The notes: generated by a model from the sequence alone, not told the origin. Positions 37,270 through 50,352 are shown, counted from the whole stretch's first letter. The stretch is DNA of 63,924 nucleotides, filler included, from Chiloscyllium plagiosum (GCF_004010195.1; 3 parts of one record of this genome joined end to end with filler, not necessarily neighbours in it); one strand, 5' to 3'. Numbers and translations are program-made.

Positions 37270-38210
37270 GGCTTCACATGCTTGCTTTCATCAGTTAGAT
37301 CATTAAGTATAGGAGTTGGGACATCTTTTTGCAGCTGTACAAGATGTTCATGAGGCCACATTTGGAATACTGAGGGCAGTTCTGGTCACTCTACTATAGA
37401 AAGACTATTATTAAACCAGAAAGAGTGCAGAAAATATTTCCCAGGATGCTCCCTGGACTGGAAGGTTTGAGTTATAAGGAGAGGTTGGATGGCTGGGAAT
37501 TTTTTTCCCTGGCGCATAGGAGACTGCGGAGTGACCTTTGGGTGGCACAGTGGTTGGCACTGCTGCCTCACAGCGCCAGGGACCTGGGTTTGGGCGATTG
37601 TCTGTGTGGAGTTTGCACATTCTCCCCACGAATGCATGGGTTTCCTCTGGGTGCTCCGGTTTCCTCCCACAGTCCAAAGATGTGCAGGTCAGGTCAATTG
37701 GCCAGGCTAAATTGCCCACAGTGTGAAGTGCATAGGTCAGGGGTAAATGTAGGGGAATGGTTGTGGGTGGGTTACTCTTCGGAGGATCGGTGTGGACTTG
37801 TTGGGTCAAAGGGTCTGTTTCCACACTGTAGGGAATGTAATCTTATAGATGCCTATAAAATCATGAGAGGTATAAATAAGGTAGATGGCCAACAGCTTTT
37901 CCCCATGGTAGGGGAGTCTAAAACTAGAGGGCATAGATTTAAACTGAGAGGGGAGAGATCTAAAAGAGTCCAAAGGGGCATTTTTCTCTGAGGGTGGTGT
38001 GTGTTAGGAATGGGATGCCAGAGGTAGTGGTGGAAGTAAGTACAATTTTGTCATTTAAAAAACATTTAGACAGGTACATGGAAGAGATAGGTATGGAGGG
38101 ATATGAACCAAATGCAGATGAATAGAATTAGTCTAATTGTGAAAACTGGGTGACATGTCTAAGATGGGCTCAAGGGCCTGTTAGTATGCTGTAAGACCTC
38201 TATGACTCGA
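37270..38210 (+). mobile_element. CR1 3' fragment interrupted by HE1
   Basis: QKIFPRMLPGLEGLSYKERL..RRLRSDL|HE1|LIDAYKIMRG..GESKTRGH. Confidence 0.85.
37539..37841 (+). mobile_element. HE1-type V-SINE
   Basis: ggtggcacagtggttggcactgctgcctcacagcgccagggacc head plus V-domain. Confidence 0.9.
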
Positions 38211-39007
38211 AATGGGGTGCATTTTTTTGAATTAAGTCAGGCTGATTGAATGATGTAATTCATATGACAGTAAAGATGATCTGTGGTAGTGACGAAGGTC
38301 TACTATTTAAGTAACAGGTGATTTTATTCTAATATCCAGTTAATCATTTAATTTTAAATATATTTTACACAAAATGTAACTATGGAAACATGGAATTGTT
38401 GTTTCGAGTTCCTTTACTTAAATGAGCATGTTCATAGAAGAATGGCACTACATAAAAAGGGTTTTACAGTGAATAGATTAATATTGTTACTGTACAGTGG
38501 CAAATGCAGAAAAGATTCCTGCAAACAGGGTCCCAGAAGTGGCAAATTAATTTACTGATGCGTTTGCCAATTTTGATTGGGTTGAATTTGCCCAAATCGA
38601 TTATTTTTTTTATCACAATTGGTTTAGCTCTTTTGAGTTGTTATTATAAAGCTTAAATACTTCATTTATTCATTTATATATATATTATATATGTATCAAT
38701 TTTGAATACAACATATGAAAATGCAATCTTGGTCTTTAGGTTTTTAAACTTTTAAAAAGGTGCATGTTATGTGAAAACGTTCTGAGTTGCTGTTTGGGAT
38801 CTAGTTTGTATCTGTAGCATTTAACATGGTGACAAGTGTTGAACGTAGTACTATTAAAGTTTTTTTTTATTTCTGTGGTGGATACGCTCTTGAGTTTATT
38901 GGCACCTGTCACTCCAGTGTGCAGGTTTCAATGCCCAGATCTGTATCCTCAACGTGCTGGAGTTAAATTGTGCTAATGTTATAATCTAGAAAAATACTTA
39001 AATTTCT

Positions 39008-39100
39008 GAAGAAGGGTCACTGGATGTGCCATGTTAACTCTGATTTCTGTCCACGGATGCTACCAGATCTGCTGAGTTTTTCCAGCATTTCTGTTTTGTT
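39008..39100 (+). mobile_element. Degenerate hammerhead mini-element with 10-bp TSD
   Basis: TSD ttaaatttct at 38998 and 39101; ctgaagaagggtcactgga..gttaactctg; same family as 63171. Confidence 0.65.
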
Positions 39101-40109
39101 TTAAATTTCTAACAACTGACGAAAAGAATCACATGACAAGATTTCAAGTTTGTTGGTTTTTTAAAAAGTCATTAAAGGAACATTGTCTAAACACTCTCTC
39201 CAAACTGTAGAAAATTAACTTTTAAAACAGCAGAAAATCTTTCTACATGCATACACTTTATTCTGTCCCATAAGTAGTGAACACTTCATTTTCCAGGGAC
39301 TAGTTCAGTGGTGTTCACAGTACCTGATAGCTTGCTTTCTTTTGTCCTAGTCAAATAACATCTAATCCCTGATCTAACATAGACAGTGATGCCTGAATTG
39401 GAGAATATTTCCCTGTAGGCAAGTTGGAAGAATCCTTGAATCTTGTTTAAATCCTCAAGAACTTGGTCTCTTCATTCTAACTGTATTGGTCCTCTTAGTA
39501 AACACTTCTCCTTTATTTGGCATCGGACTAGCTTCACTTTAGGATTCTGCTGTCACTGCTTCCCAGATTCTTGCTGATTGACCTATGAAGTCAGGGGTAT
39601 CTTAACAAAACCCCTGTACTGTAACTGGATGCTCCAATGGTTTGCGATGGACTCTTTATCCCTTCTTAAAGCCCAATACTGTGTCACCCTGAATCACACA
39701 AGTCCTCTATCCAGGTAGGAATGCTAACTAGCCAACCTTTAGACCTCCAACTTGCCAGCGTACCTGCTGCCACTATCCCCTAATCTTTAGCAGCCAAATC
39801 ACTCAAGCCAATCAGAATCGAAAAGAATGGCACTGGAAAAGCACCCGTGAAGGGCTTATGCCTGAAATGTCAACTCTCCTGGTCCTCAAATGTTGCCTGA
39901 CCTGCTGTGCTTTTCCAGCGCAACATTTTTCGACTCTGATCTCCAGCATCTACAGTCCTCAATTTCTTCAAGCCTGTTATCAGTCTGAATTTTGAATGGA
40001 ATCATTTCCTCCACTGAACCCTCAGTGAACAAGACAGTTTCAAGTTTGAAACACTAATGTACTTGCATGTTCACTACATTCCTCAGATTATGCTGTCTGC
40101 CCCCTTAAT

Positions 40110-40330
40110 GTAACTCTGTTTTGATGTAACGCAATAATTCCGTTCCCACGATTCCACATCATCAGAAAGTTGTATTATAGCAGCACCATTCAAACCAATG
40201 GGATTGGAGTTGCATTAGAGCCAATACATATAAGGAAAGTTTGTGTTCTACAAATAATGGTCTAAATTCTTCAGTTGCGTTACAGCCAATTTGCCCTGAA
40301 GAAACATGCGTTATATCAGAATTGACTGTA
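40110..40330. mobile_element. Diverged MITE related to the 57295 element
   Basis: Shares ccgttc.c..agcagcacca..aaac..tggg..gcgttata.cagaa.tgactgta with 57295-57515. Confidence 0.55.
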
Positions 40331-40793
40331 CAAAGATGCGATGTGTCTTTGTTCCCCTCTGTTCTTCCACCTCTTTTTGAATGCACACTAAGATAACAAT
40401 GATTCAGATCGGATTATTGTGGATCGTTGAGCTACTTTATTTGACAGCAGGTAATTGAGCTTTTAAAGGTCATCCAATATTTTTTAAGAAGTGAAATTGG
40501 TATAACTTATTTTTGAAATAATACAAGAGAATACATCTCCCCTCATCTGTTCATTGTCTTATCTGACAGCAAGTCTTTCCAGCATTTCAAGCCAACTTCC
40601 ATCAACAAAAGCTATTCTAGCTTTCCTTTATAATAAACCTGATTACCCTTGTGACCTTTCTGCCTCAAAAGGCTTTTTCCCCTATCCCGTGATCCAGTTT
40701 CTATTTGTATCTCCCCTTTTAGACTAATGAGTGTTGTAGTCTGATAGTTATACTTGCCTAATAATCTAGAAGTTGAATTCAGATCCCAGCAGA

Positions 40794-41293
40794 NNNNNNN
40801 NNNNNNNNNNNNNNNNNNNNNNNNNNNNNNNNNNNNNNNNNNNNNNNNNNNNNNNNNNNNNNNNNNNNNNNNNNNNNNNNNNNNNNNNNNNNNNNNNNNN
40901 NNNNNNNNNNNNNNNNNNNNNNNNNNNNNNNNNNNNNNNNNNNNNNNNNNNNNNNNNNNNNNNNNNNNNNNNNNNNNNNNNNNNNNNNNNNNNNNNNNNN
41001 NNNNNNNNNNNNNNNNNNNNNNNNNNNNNNNNNNNNNNNNNNNNNNNNNNNNNNNNNNNNNNNNNNNNNNNNNNNNNNNNNNNNNNNNNNNNNNNNNNNN
41101 NNNNNNNNNNNNNNNNNNNNNNNNNNNNNNNNNNNNNNNNNNNNNNNNNNNNNNNNNNNNNNNNNNNNNNNNNNNNNNNNNNNNNNNNNNNNNNNNNNNN
41201 NNNNNNNNNNNNNNNNNNNNNNNNNNNNNNNNNNNNNNNNNNNNNNNNNNNNNNNNNNNNNNNNNNNNNNNNNNNNNNNNNNNNNNNNNNNNN
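40794..41293. other. Scaffold gap of exactly 500 N
   Basis: Counted N run; the round size suggests an unsized join. Confidence 0.95.
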
Positions 41294-41497
41294 CTGGCAC
41301 CAAAGAGTGACAAGTGCCCAGAATTAAGCAATATATTTTTTATGCTGTGCATGCATGCATGCATTAAATATCTGCTCATGTAAAAATAAATTAAACCTGT
41401 GTTTCATTTTATTTTTAGATGTGTGTAGAATCAAAAGGATGCTTAAAACTTTTGAGCTTTTACCATTTAGTAAATTGGGTTTTTTCAACTTTTTCAG

Positions 41498-41524
41498 ATT
41501 GCTAATGAAACTCCTCTTGATGTA
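41498..41524 (+). CDS. ANKRD28: ANKRD28 internal microexon (27 nt)
   Basis: ttttcag|ATT GCT AAT GAA ACT CCT CTT GAT GTA|gtaagt = IANETPLDV (human IASETPLDV, from memory). Confidence 0.88.
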
Positions 41525-42245
41525 GTAAGTTATTATTACATTCATTTCATATCTTGCATCCTAACTGTCATTTAATATCATAGCCTTTAATACATGGATG
41601 AGAGTTTGTGCTAAATATGTTTGTTTTGTATGTTTAAAACCCACTTAATTTCTCCCCTATTTAGTTACTATTTTAACTTTGAATATATGAGTCAGTTCAA
41701 TCCTATATTTTTCGAGAATGAAGATACTTTAGTTACCTTACATACGATATCAAACAATGCAACATATATTTTACATCACTTTTCACGTTGTGTAAAAAAG
41801 ATGCAATAGCATTGCTTCCAAAATGTCTGTTAAAGGATACAGTATCCTTTGATTTTTACATGTATAATTACAAATCTTAAAAGGGCGAAAAGACTTTAAA
41901 GTCACTCCCTTAAGTGCATCAGGTGACCATAATGAAAAGGTTGTGTGCTGACTTCCACATTGTTGACAAAGCAACTTGCTGGAGAAAGCAAAATATTAGA
42001 TCTGCCTGAAAGTCAGGATTTCTTGATCCTAAATATTTATGAAATTATTCAATAGCCCTTAACAAAATCTATTGACATTAGTTTTGCCATCTCCCCTGAA
42101 GTTTATCCCATGAAGCTTTATATTAGCTCTGTACTGATACTTTCCTACCTAAGATTGAATATATACTGCCATGCTCAAGAACTTTTATCAGTTGTCTTTG
42201 TCCACATAATATTTATTTTCTAATGTATTTTATCTATTTTCTTAG

Positions 42246-42320
42246 TTGATGGAAACATCAGGTACGGACATGCTGAATGATTCTGATAACAAGGCACCCA
42301 TCAGTCCTTTGCATTTGGCT
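42246..42320 (+). CDS. ANKRD28: ANKRD28 (PP6 regulatory ankyrin repeat subunit A) internal exon (75 nt)
   Basis: cttag|TTG..GCT|gtgagt; LMETSGTDMLNDSDNKAPISPLHLA. Confidence 0.94.
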
Positions 42321-42619
42321 GTGAGTATAAAATGTTTATACAAATGCTTTTGTAGAATATCTGTCTAAAGTATATCTGGATTATATACAAACATTTCAGT
42401 CAAATCACGAGTTTTTCATGTCCAGAAATGGATTGTAATTGTTGTACAATCTGGAATGTATTTAATCACCTATGTAACTGTTTTATTCTAGCCATAAAGC
42501 TAACCTGTTGAACATAATGTAATTTTATAAATTTTTTGAGAAAGCTTTTTCACATATTTTTGACTTATTGCAGCAGAAACTTTATGATGTTGAGTGGGGA
42601 ATATGATTTTGTTTACCAA

Positions 42620-43211
42620 TGTGGGATATAAATGAATTAATGTTATTTCTGCAAGTATAAATTCTGATACAGAACAGGAATGAGAAAATACATATTCAGC
42701 AAAAAGAAAGGATATGTTAGCATGAGACGTGAATACAGAACAATGGTGGATATATGGGCAAACAGGAAAGCATCTATTTCCCCTCCTCAAGACACAGGAA
42801 CTAACCCTAATCAAAGAGGTCAAAGTGGCCTCTGGATGGAAATAGATGCTGATAGAAGAAAAGATATGCCTAATCAATAATCTACAATAGACTGACGTCA
42901 AACACCCTTATGGGAGTCAGAGATAAGAGTTTGTCACGGACAAGACAGGATAAACAGAAGTTGTGGGATAAGTCTTAAGGAAATGAGTGACGTAAGCGAA
43001 GCAGGGAACAGACAATGGAATAAGGAAAACATATGGGAAAAAACAGTATAAATTGCAAGGGTTTTTTGGGATATACTGTGCATTTTGTCATTGCCTTACC
43101 TGGTAATTAGACAAAGCACCCACCTATAGGTGTATAAATAAAACAACGCTGTTGTTCAGGTATTTGTCTCGGACTGAAATTATTAAAGTGAGTGAGCTTT
43201 TGTTTCTCACA
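42620..43211 (+). mobile_element. Solo LTR (592 bp) with 4-bp TSD
   Basis: ccaa|TGTGGGA...TCTCACA|ccaa; TATAAA at ~43047 and AATAAA at ~43138. Confidence 0.8.
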
Positions 43212-43514
43212 CCAACTACATTAAAACCACAAGCAATATACAAACCCGATTATAGTTTGTAATTCTAAATATAAGCTAATTTGCTGTTGATTTAAACAGT
43301 GCACAATTTGAGCTATGTCATTCTCTAAAGTGATTTTACTGATTTCCCATTGGAAGTGAATCTGAACTTTTGAACATTAAGGATTAATTTCTCCTGCAAT
43401 ATTTGGGAGTGCGGGTTTTGTCATATAATTTTACAATATTCAGTTTTACTTCTTTTAATGTTTATTCAAAATGCATTTTTTTGTGCTAAACAAACCTCTT
43501 TTCTACATTTTCAG

Positions 43515-43716
43515 GCTTACCATGGACACCACCAGGCACTGGAGGTACTGGTACAGTCTCTCCTAGATTTGGATGTGAGAAATAATAATGGTCGCACACC
43601 GTTGGATCTAGCAGCTTTCAAAGGACATGTAGAGTGTGTGGATGTATTAATCAATCAGGGAGCATCCATTCTTGTTAAAGATTTTGTGACTAAAAGAACC
43701 CCAATTCATGCTGCAG
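43515..43716 (+). CDS. ANKRD28: ANKRD28 internal exon (202 nt)
   Basis: tttcag|..|gtatgt; AYHGHHQALEVLVQSLLDLDVRNNNGRTPLDLAAFKGHVECVDVLINQGASILVKDFVTKRTPIHAA. Confidence 0.97.
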
Positions 43717-44811
43717 GTATGTGTAGATTTTGTTACAATATTGCACCAAATGAATTTAACCAAATTTTCATCATGTTTGTGCAAAATCTACATTAATGGT
43801 GTAATGTAGGAAGTTGCTGCAGCATGGGACTTAAGAATTGTAGCACAGCAAAGGCAGTTTGCATATACTGAATCCAACCATCTGGATCTGGTGTAAATAT
43901 ATGTGCTGTCTCCTTACCTTTTTACCATACAATCTCGTGAAGAAGTATAAGGCAAAATAATTGGCGGAAGGGTTAGAGAACTTGATATTAGCTTACAAAA
44001 ACATCCAGAAAATTTCTCTATAATTCCCAAATGCAAATCATCAGCTGTGCCCACCCTTTAGCCCTCCTTATCCCAGATAGCTAACAACTTACGGTGAATA
44101 CCTACCACTCAGGAACTTATGAGGTGCCTTTTAACAGAGGTGAAACGAATCCAGATGCTTTCAGAGTTGCTGAATTTCTCCAGCATTTTTGCTGGTTATA
44201 TTTCCTTTCCTTTTCTGCTGAAATATTCTCATGTATGACTTTGTGACCTCCTCGATTTGTCTATTCCAGCACAGTTCAGGCTTGTCTCCCAAGTTCTAGC
44301 CTCTATAAGCTTAAGATAATCTAAAACTCTGCCCAGTATCCTAACTTGTGTCAAAACCCTACATCCATTAGACCTTGTATGCTGCCCGACCCTGGTATTT
44401 AGTTAACTTACCTCTTATCAATATATAGTTATTAAAACTGAAATGAGGGAAAATTTTTGGAATTCTCTAATCCCGGTGACTGTGGAAGCTCAGTCATTGA
44501 ATGTGTTTGAGACAGAAGTGACAACTAATGATACTGAGGCAGTAGTGTGAAAAGTGGCCTTGAGTTAAATGGTCAGCTAAGGTCTAATTGAACAGCAGAG
44601 CAGGCTCAATGGGCTGAATAACTCATTCCTGTTCCTGTGTGCAAATGCCCAAGACAACAGCATCCCTTCAGGATGCAGTCCTTGAAGAATCCCATTAAAC
44701 CCAGCCACTAAAACCAGACTTTGGTTGTTGGTGGCAATATTACCTATGCAACTTAGTCTCCGATTTGGTTCAACACTTGTGTGAAGTACCATGCAACATT
44801 ATACTTCAGAA

Positions 44812-44935
44812 GTCTCTCTCTCTCTCTCACTCTGTCTCTGTCTCTCTATCTCTATTTCTATCTATCCCAAGCCCTCTCTCTCTAGCTCTCTATCTCGTTA
44901 TCTCTTTCTATCCAGCTCGCTCTGGCTCTTGTTCA
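44812..44935 (+). repeat. (CT)n-rich microsatellite-like tract
   Basis: tctctctctctctctcactctgtctctgtctctctatctct... Confidence 0.8.
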
Positions 44936-45202
44936 TTCTGGCTGTTGCTCACTCTCCCACTTTGGCTTGTTGCTCATGCATGCTTCCTCCCAGTTCTGGT
45001 TATGACAACTGCAGTAAATTGCCTGTTGTTGCATTCAGCTTGTTTTAACTCACCATCAAAAATTCAAGGATGCATTTCAACAGGCAGGTCATGAAGATTT
45101 TGGGAGGTTCTAAATTGTTTTTGTAGCTGTGCATGAAGTGATGAAATCTTTAATGTTAGCAATGCAGAGCTAATTGGTAATATCACAACTTTCCTTATCC
45201 TA

Positions 45203-45547
45203 GGATCCCTACTGTGTGGAAACAGGCCATTCAGCCCATAAAGTCCACATCAACCCTCCAGAGAGGATCCCACCTAGACTTATCCCTCACCCTATCCCTG
45301 TAACCCTGCATTCCCCAAGGCTAATCTTTCTAGCTTACACATCCCTGGACATTATTGGCAAGTTAGCATGGCCAGTCCACCCAGTCTGCACATCTTTGGA
45401 TTATGGAAAGAAGCGAAGCACCCGGAGGAAACTCGCACAGACACAGCGAGAACACGCAAGCTCCACACAGGCAGTCACCCAAGAGTGGAATCAAATCTGG
45501 GTCCCTGGCACTAAGGCAGCAGTGCCAGCCACTGAGCCACCTTGCCA
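45203..45547 (-). mobile_element. HE1-related SINE
   Basis: gcacccggaggaaactcgcacagacac V-domain; head aggcagcagtgccagccactg. Confidence 0.82.
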
Positions 45548-47446
45548 AATGTGCCCTTGAATCTGCATCTGTTAGTGGAGCACAAAGATTAATTTAATTA
45601 CCCACTATTACTTTCAACAGCGAAGGAACTTGATGGATGCATCAGAGATTCCATAGGCTTTTTTTAAGATTATGCCACTGAAGCAGTTTTCGTTTTGACA
45701 TCAGAATGTTGCAGGGAAGTGGTTCATAAAACACAATCTCATTGATCCATGCAAATGACATGACATGACCAGAGGAAAATATGTATGAAAATTTGTGCTT
45801 TCATTTTTACATGACCCAGATCTTCCAGGGAATGGCAATTATTGTCAGGTTGACACTCTGCCTGAATGTTCCCCCTTGATACCGCTCTGCATTTCGTGCT
45901 TGGGCTTCCAAGCCTGGCTTTACTAACATCGTCAGAGCTCTAGTGTAGAATTGTGCCTTTTTTTTTAAACAACTTGAGCTGCAAGACAGTAAGTTTGAAG
46001 ATCCAGTTTGAATGTTAGTGAAGGGGTGAGTTGATAAGGTAATAATTTGTAGGGGGATAAGTGAGATGGAGTGATAGATGGCTGGTGGCAAATTGAAATG
46101 CCCTCAATTTTCTCACAGGTCAGCATATCAAGACATTCTCAGAGACTCAGTGTGCATCTCTATTTATATGTCCTCTCTCCAATGATCTAAAGACAAGAAG
46201 ATTTGGACTATAGTGAGCACATGGAAAAATAGTCACCTGATCCATGCTACTTTTTCATTTCAAGGTTTAAAAAGTTGTAAGCATACAAGTAAATGGGAGA
46301 AGTAAATAATTATTTCAAACTAATTTGCTGGTAGGTGCGAAGTGTAAAATAAGGGAAACTTCTCAGACTGGAAATATATATATATATATAAAGTGATTTT
46401 CAGCAGGCAGGTACTGCTCTTCATGCTCCTTCAGGGAGCAGTTTGAACTTTATTGAGAGAACAACATCTGTTGTTAAAGCCACTAAATTTGGAAGGATAG
46501 CAATTATAATGAGGATTGTGGAAAAGTTTCAACAGTTGTAGAACTAGCAAGAGTTTAGGCAAGAGGTGTAGATAATTGTGAGGAGAAAACCTTTTAAGCA
46601 ATAAGAGGCAATGATTTGGAATTAATCTTTGCTATAAAATAAAACATTATTTTTTTGGAAAGAACTCAATCACAAAATTCACTTTTTTTTTTAAAACTGC
46701 TTCTAAAAATAGCAAATAAAGAAAAAGTTGTTCATTTCTGGAACTTACAGTTCAACAATCACAAATTTCAGTGGAACTCATTTATTTCAAGCCTAATGGT
46801 TGTACAATCTTCCTCAACCATTTTACCTTCTTTATCATAATTCGTAACTAGTCAGGCTCATCAATGACATTTTAACGGAGTATGGGATGGAATAGCAAGC
46901 GCTCTGCTACTTCAAACTTGGCAAACTACTTCCGGGGTCTGTATGTTAGCTTAACGTGCAGCCTTTTTAATACATCAGTAGTTACACCTAAATTAGCTAT
47001 ACATACACAGTTAAGATCTAATTTAAGATGCATTTTAATCTGATCGAATGAGTCAACATTAAGAGCATATTCTTTGCTAAAGCACACAATGTTTAAGAAA
47101 TGTTTGAAATGATATAGAATCATAAAGAATTATGTAGATGAGTTATGTAGTGAATCCCTTAATACAAGTTCTCAGCCTGTGCCTTTCCCAGGACATGTTT
47201 TATGGTGATGCTATTGAAAATCCAGGCAATTTGTTGGACTGTTTATTTAATTATGAAAATGATGATTGCCCAATATTTGTCTTGAAAGTTATGGCGTAAG
47301 CTGGCTCAAGTCTGGATGTTGTCCAGACATTAAATTTCTTCATTTTCCAAGTTGTGAATGGAGTTGGACATTGCAGGATTTATTTTAATTGACAAAGATA
47401 CAAGCTTTTCCTCATAAATTATTCCATTCACTTTATTTTTTTTAAG

Positions 47447-47534
47447 CAACAAATGGTCATTCAGAATGCCTGCGGCTCCTAATAGGTAATACTGACCTCT
47501 ACACGGCAGTGGACATTCAAGATGGAAATGGACA
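47447..47534 (+). CDS. ANKRD28: ANKRD28 internal exon (88 nt)
   Basis: tttaag|CA ACA AAT..GGA CA|gtgagt; ATNGHSECLRLLIGNTDLYTAVDIQDGNGQ. Confidence 0.95.
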
Positions 47535-49666
47535 GTGAGTAAAATATTTTAATGGAATTTCTACAGAAAAAATTGATACTTTTGTAATGTTTAAGGGGAA
47601 GTTTACTCTGGAAGTAAGGGGAAACAAATTATGTTTAATGTAAGCTGTTTTCTTCTTTATGACGATTGATTATATGTATTTTTAATGGCTCAGTTTACAA
47701 AATGGCCATATAGAAGCTGGGAGCAGGCCAACATTTATCTGCTCTTACTATAAATGTTCAGTAAGTTATTATTTGAAGCTACTAACTGCTTGAAGGAAAT
47801 TTAATCAAGCAGCTTCATGTACTCCCTAGATATTTGAATTGATTAAATCATTGAGTACCTGAGCAATGCAGACTGCAACAAATCATGTCTGGTGGGGTGG
47901 AGGTTGGGAGATTTGAGAAGTGACCTTTGCCCCCAATGGCAATGTAGTTCAGTGATACCTGTTGGAAGTTAATGTGAATAAGTATTTGGAAATAATGCCA
48001 CCTTTACTCCCAGCTGAACTGCAGCAAAGCATAACAGCTTGAGGAGGAATTACAGGGAGAACAGAAAATTTGTGCAGAGAAATGTAGGTTTGAAAGGAGG
48101 TAAGCAAACTGTAGAAAGTAGAACAGATGCAGATTTCCCCATGTTCTATGAAGTATGAACAACCTGTTACAGACTTGTAACTTGTTTCATTTACAAATGC
48201 TAGCTCAGTCGCATTTGTAAATGAAATATGCTTTCCCAACCCCTCATTGGCCCATGCAGTTAGTTTTTTAAAGGATTATTTCATGTGTTGTCTATTTAAT
48301 TTATATAAATAGTTTCAATTCTGTAGAGACTAGTGACATCTTTTAAAATAAGGAACATAAAACCCAATTCTGACTTAGTGAAGCTACAAGATTCCTTTGT
48401 TTATTTCAATAAGTTTGACACACAAAAGTCAACAATACCATCTCTTTACTGTAATCATATTCTGCGTGTTAAAAGTGAATTAGTAAGCAATTTGTGATTG
48501 ATTGATAGACTATAAATTGCACAGTTAATAGTACGACTAAAACCGATCTTGAAATTGGCTTATCAGACCAGTCTTTAGCATTAGTAATCGCAACAAGTCA
48601 CAAAGTTCATCAAACTCTATTCTTCACGCAAGAAGTTTCAGCTCTTCTCCTCTGAGGAGCCAGCCAACAACGGGGCACAACAATCTGGGGTTCCTCAGTC
48701 AGGGTCGCATTCATTTTCAGAACCTGTTCAACTCCCTCTCAGTGGTGTAAATCCACCAGTGTTACTTTCAACAGAAACAGTTGCAGCAACTTATTCTTAG
48801 CTTCCTGTTACTATCTTCCCCAACTTGCTTGTGCTACACCAGTCAATTCATCAACTGCTATTGCTTGGCTGCTGCTACCCGTTATATCCTTCGAGCAGAG
48901 TTAGTTTTCCAGAAGTTCTAAATTTCAATCCTTAGTTGTGTTTTTGTGTCCTTTGAAAGTATAAGAGTTTCTTTTATTTCTGTATTTACCTATGGTGTTT
49001 TCCGTTTCAGTCAGATTCTGTTTTAGTTAGTGTGCTTCAAAAAAATACAAACTAAATTTAAAAACATGGATTCCTACACAAGAGCCGCTGCCAAGTAGGT
49101 TATTAATTGGACCACAGTTGTTCAAAAGAAGCAGTGACCATATGGTCTACTTTGACTGCATTTTTAGATATATTAGTGGAAATGTCTAAAGTTTAGTTGG
49201 CAGTTTAATGGTCAAAGAAAATTCTGCATATACTGACAATAGATTTACAACTCTCTCAGCAGCTTGCTATTAATGTAGAAAATGTTCAGACCAGTTCATA
49301 GCATTTTATAATCATAAATCATATTTAATGCTTATAAGTTGAGAGATATAGGATCGCAATAATGATGGCTACCTCTGAAGTAAAGTTATTGTAATAATTA
49401 AATCACATGATAAGCAGTGATGGATTCTATCTGTAGTACATTTTAATTACTCTATAAATTTGAAATTAAAAGAAAGTGTTTCCCCAGTGTCTATCACTCT
49501 CCGCAAATCCATATTTTATTTTCCTCTCCATTTTACTTTTTATTACTTATATCCATAATCCGATACATTGTGTTTAATTCTCTTATACTAAATATTTGCT
49601 TTAAAAATTGCTGGAACATGTAAATTTGTCATATATTTATAATTTGAATTGTTTTCTTTATTGTAG

Positions 49667-49781
49667 AACTCCTCTGATGCTCTCTGTTTTAAATGGACAT
49701 ACGGACTGTGTATGCTCACTTCTTAAGGGTGCAAATGTAGATGCCAAAGACAAATGGGGGAGAACTGCATTACACAGAGGG
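49667..49781 (+). CDS. ANKRD28: ANKRD28 internal exon (115 nt)
   Basis: ttgtag|A ACT..GGG|gttagt; [38 protein letters not shown]. Confidence 0.96.
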
Positions 49782-50028
49782 GTTAGTGGATTCTAATGGT
49801 CCTGCTTCTAATGTATTGTATGAAGAAATCTCAGGTGCCTTTGAAAGAGGCTAATGTTGCTGCCTAAAATTGAACTCCAGCCTCAGCAGCTCATGCATGG
49901 ATTGCATTTTTCAGTCTCTGTTAGCTGCTGATCACAGAGCAGAGATAGAAATGATGAAGCAAGGATATAATAAATTTAATAACAGAAATTGATTCATTGT
50001 AACTGTATGCACAAAACTGATTTTAATA

Positions 50029-50352
50029 ATTAGATTACTTACATAGATTAGATTACTTACAATGTGGAAACAGGCCCTTCGGCCCAACAAGTCCACACCG
50101 CCCCGCCGAAGCGCAACCCACCTATACCCCTACATTTACCCCTTACCTAACACTACGGGCAATTTAGCATGGCCAATTCACCTGACCTGCACATCTTTGG
50201 ACTGTGGGAGGAAACCGGAGCACCTGGAGGAAACCCACGCAGACATGGGGAGAACGTGCAAACTCCACACAGTCAGTCGCCTGAGGCGGGAATTGAACCC
50301 GGGTCTCTGCCGCTGTGAGGCAGCAGTGCTAACCACTGTGCCACCGTGCCGC
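50029..50352 (-). mobile_element. HE1-type V-SINE
   Basis: Near-identical to the copy at 28513-28822. Confidence 0.93.

Noticed and set aside
40612..41383. Long ORFs of 174-255 aa
   Set aside because: Artefacts of translating through the N gap; the same applies to ORFs spanning 21657-21871
48320..49080. Possible second solo LTR (tgtag...cctaca, minus-strand AATAAA)
   Set aside because: No matching TSD found; termini uncertain
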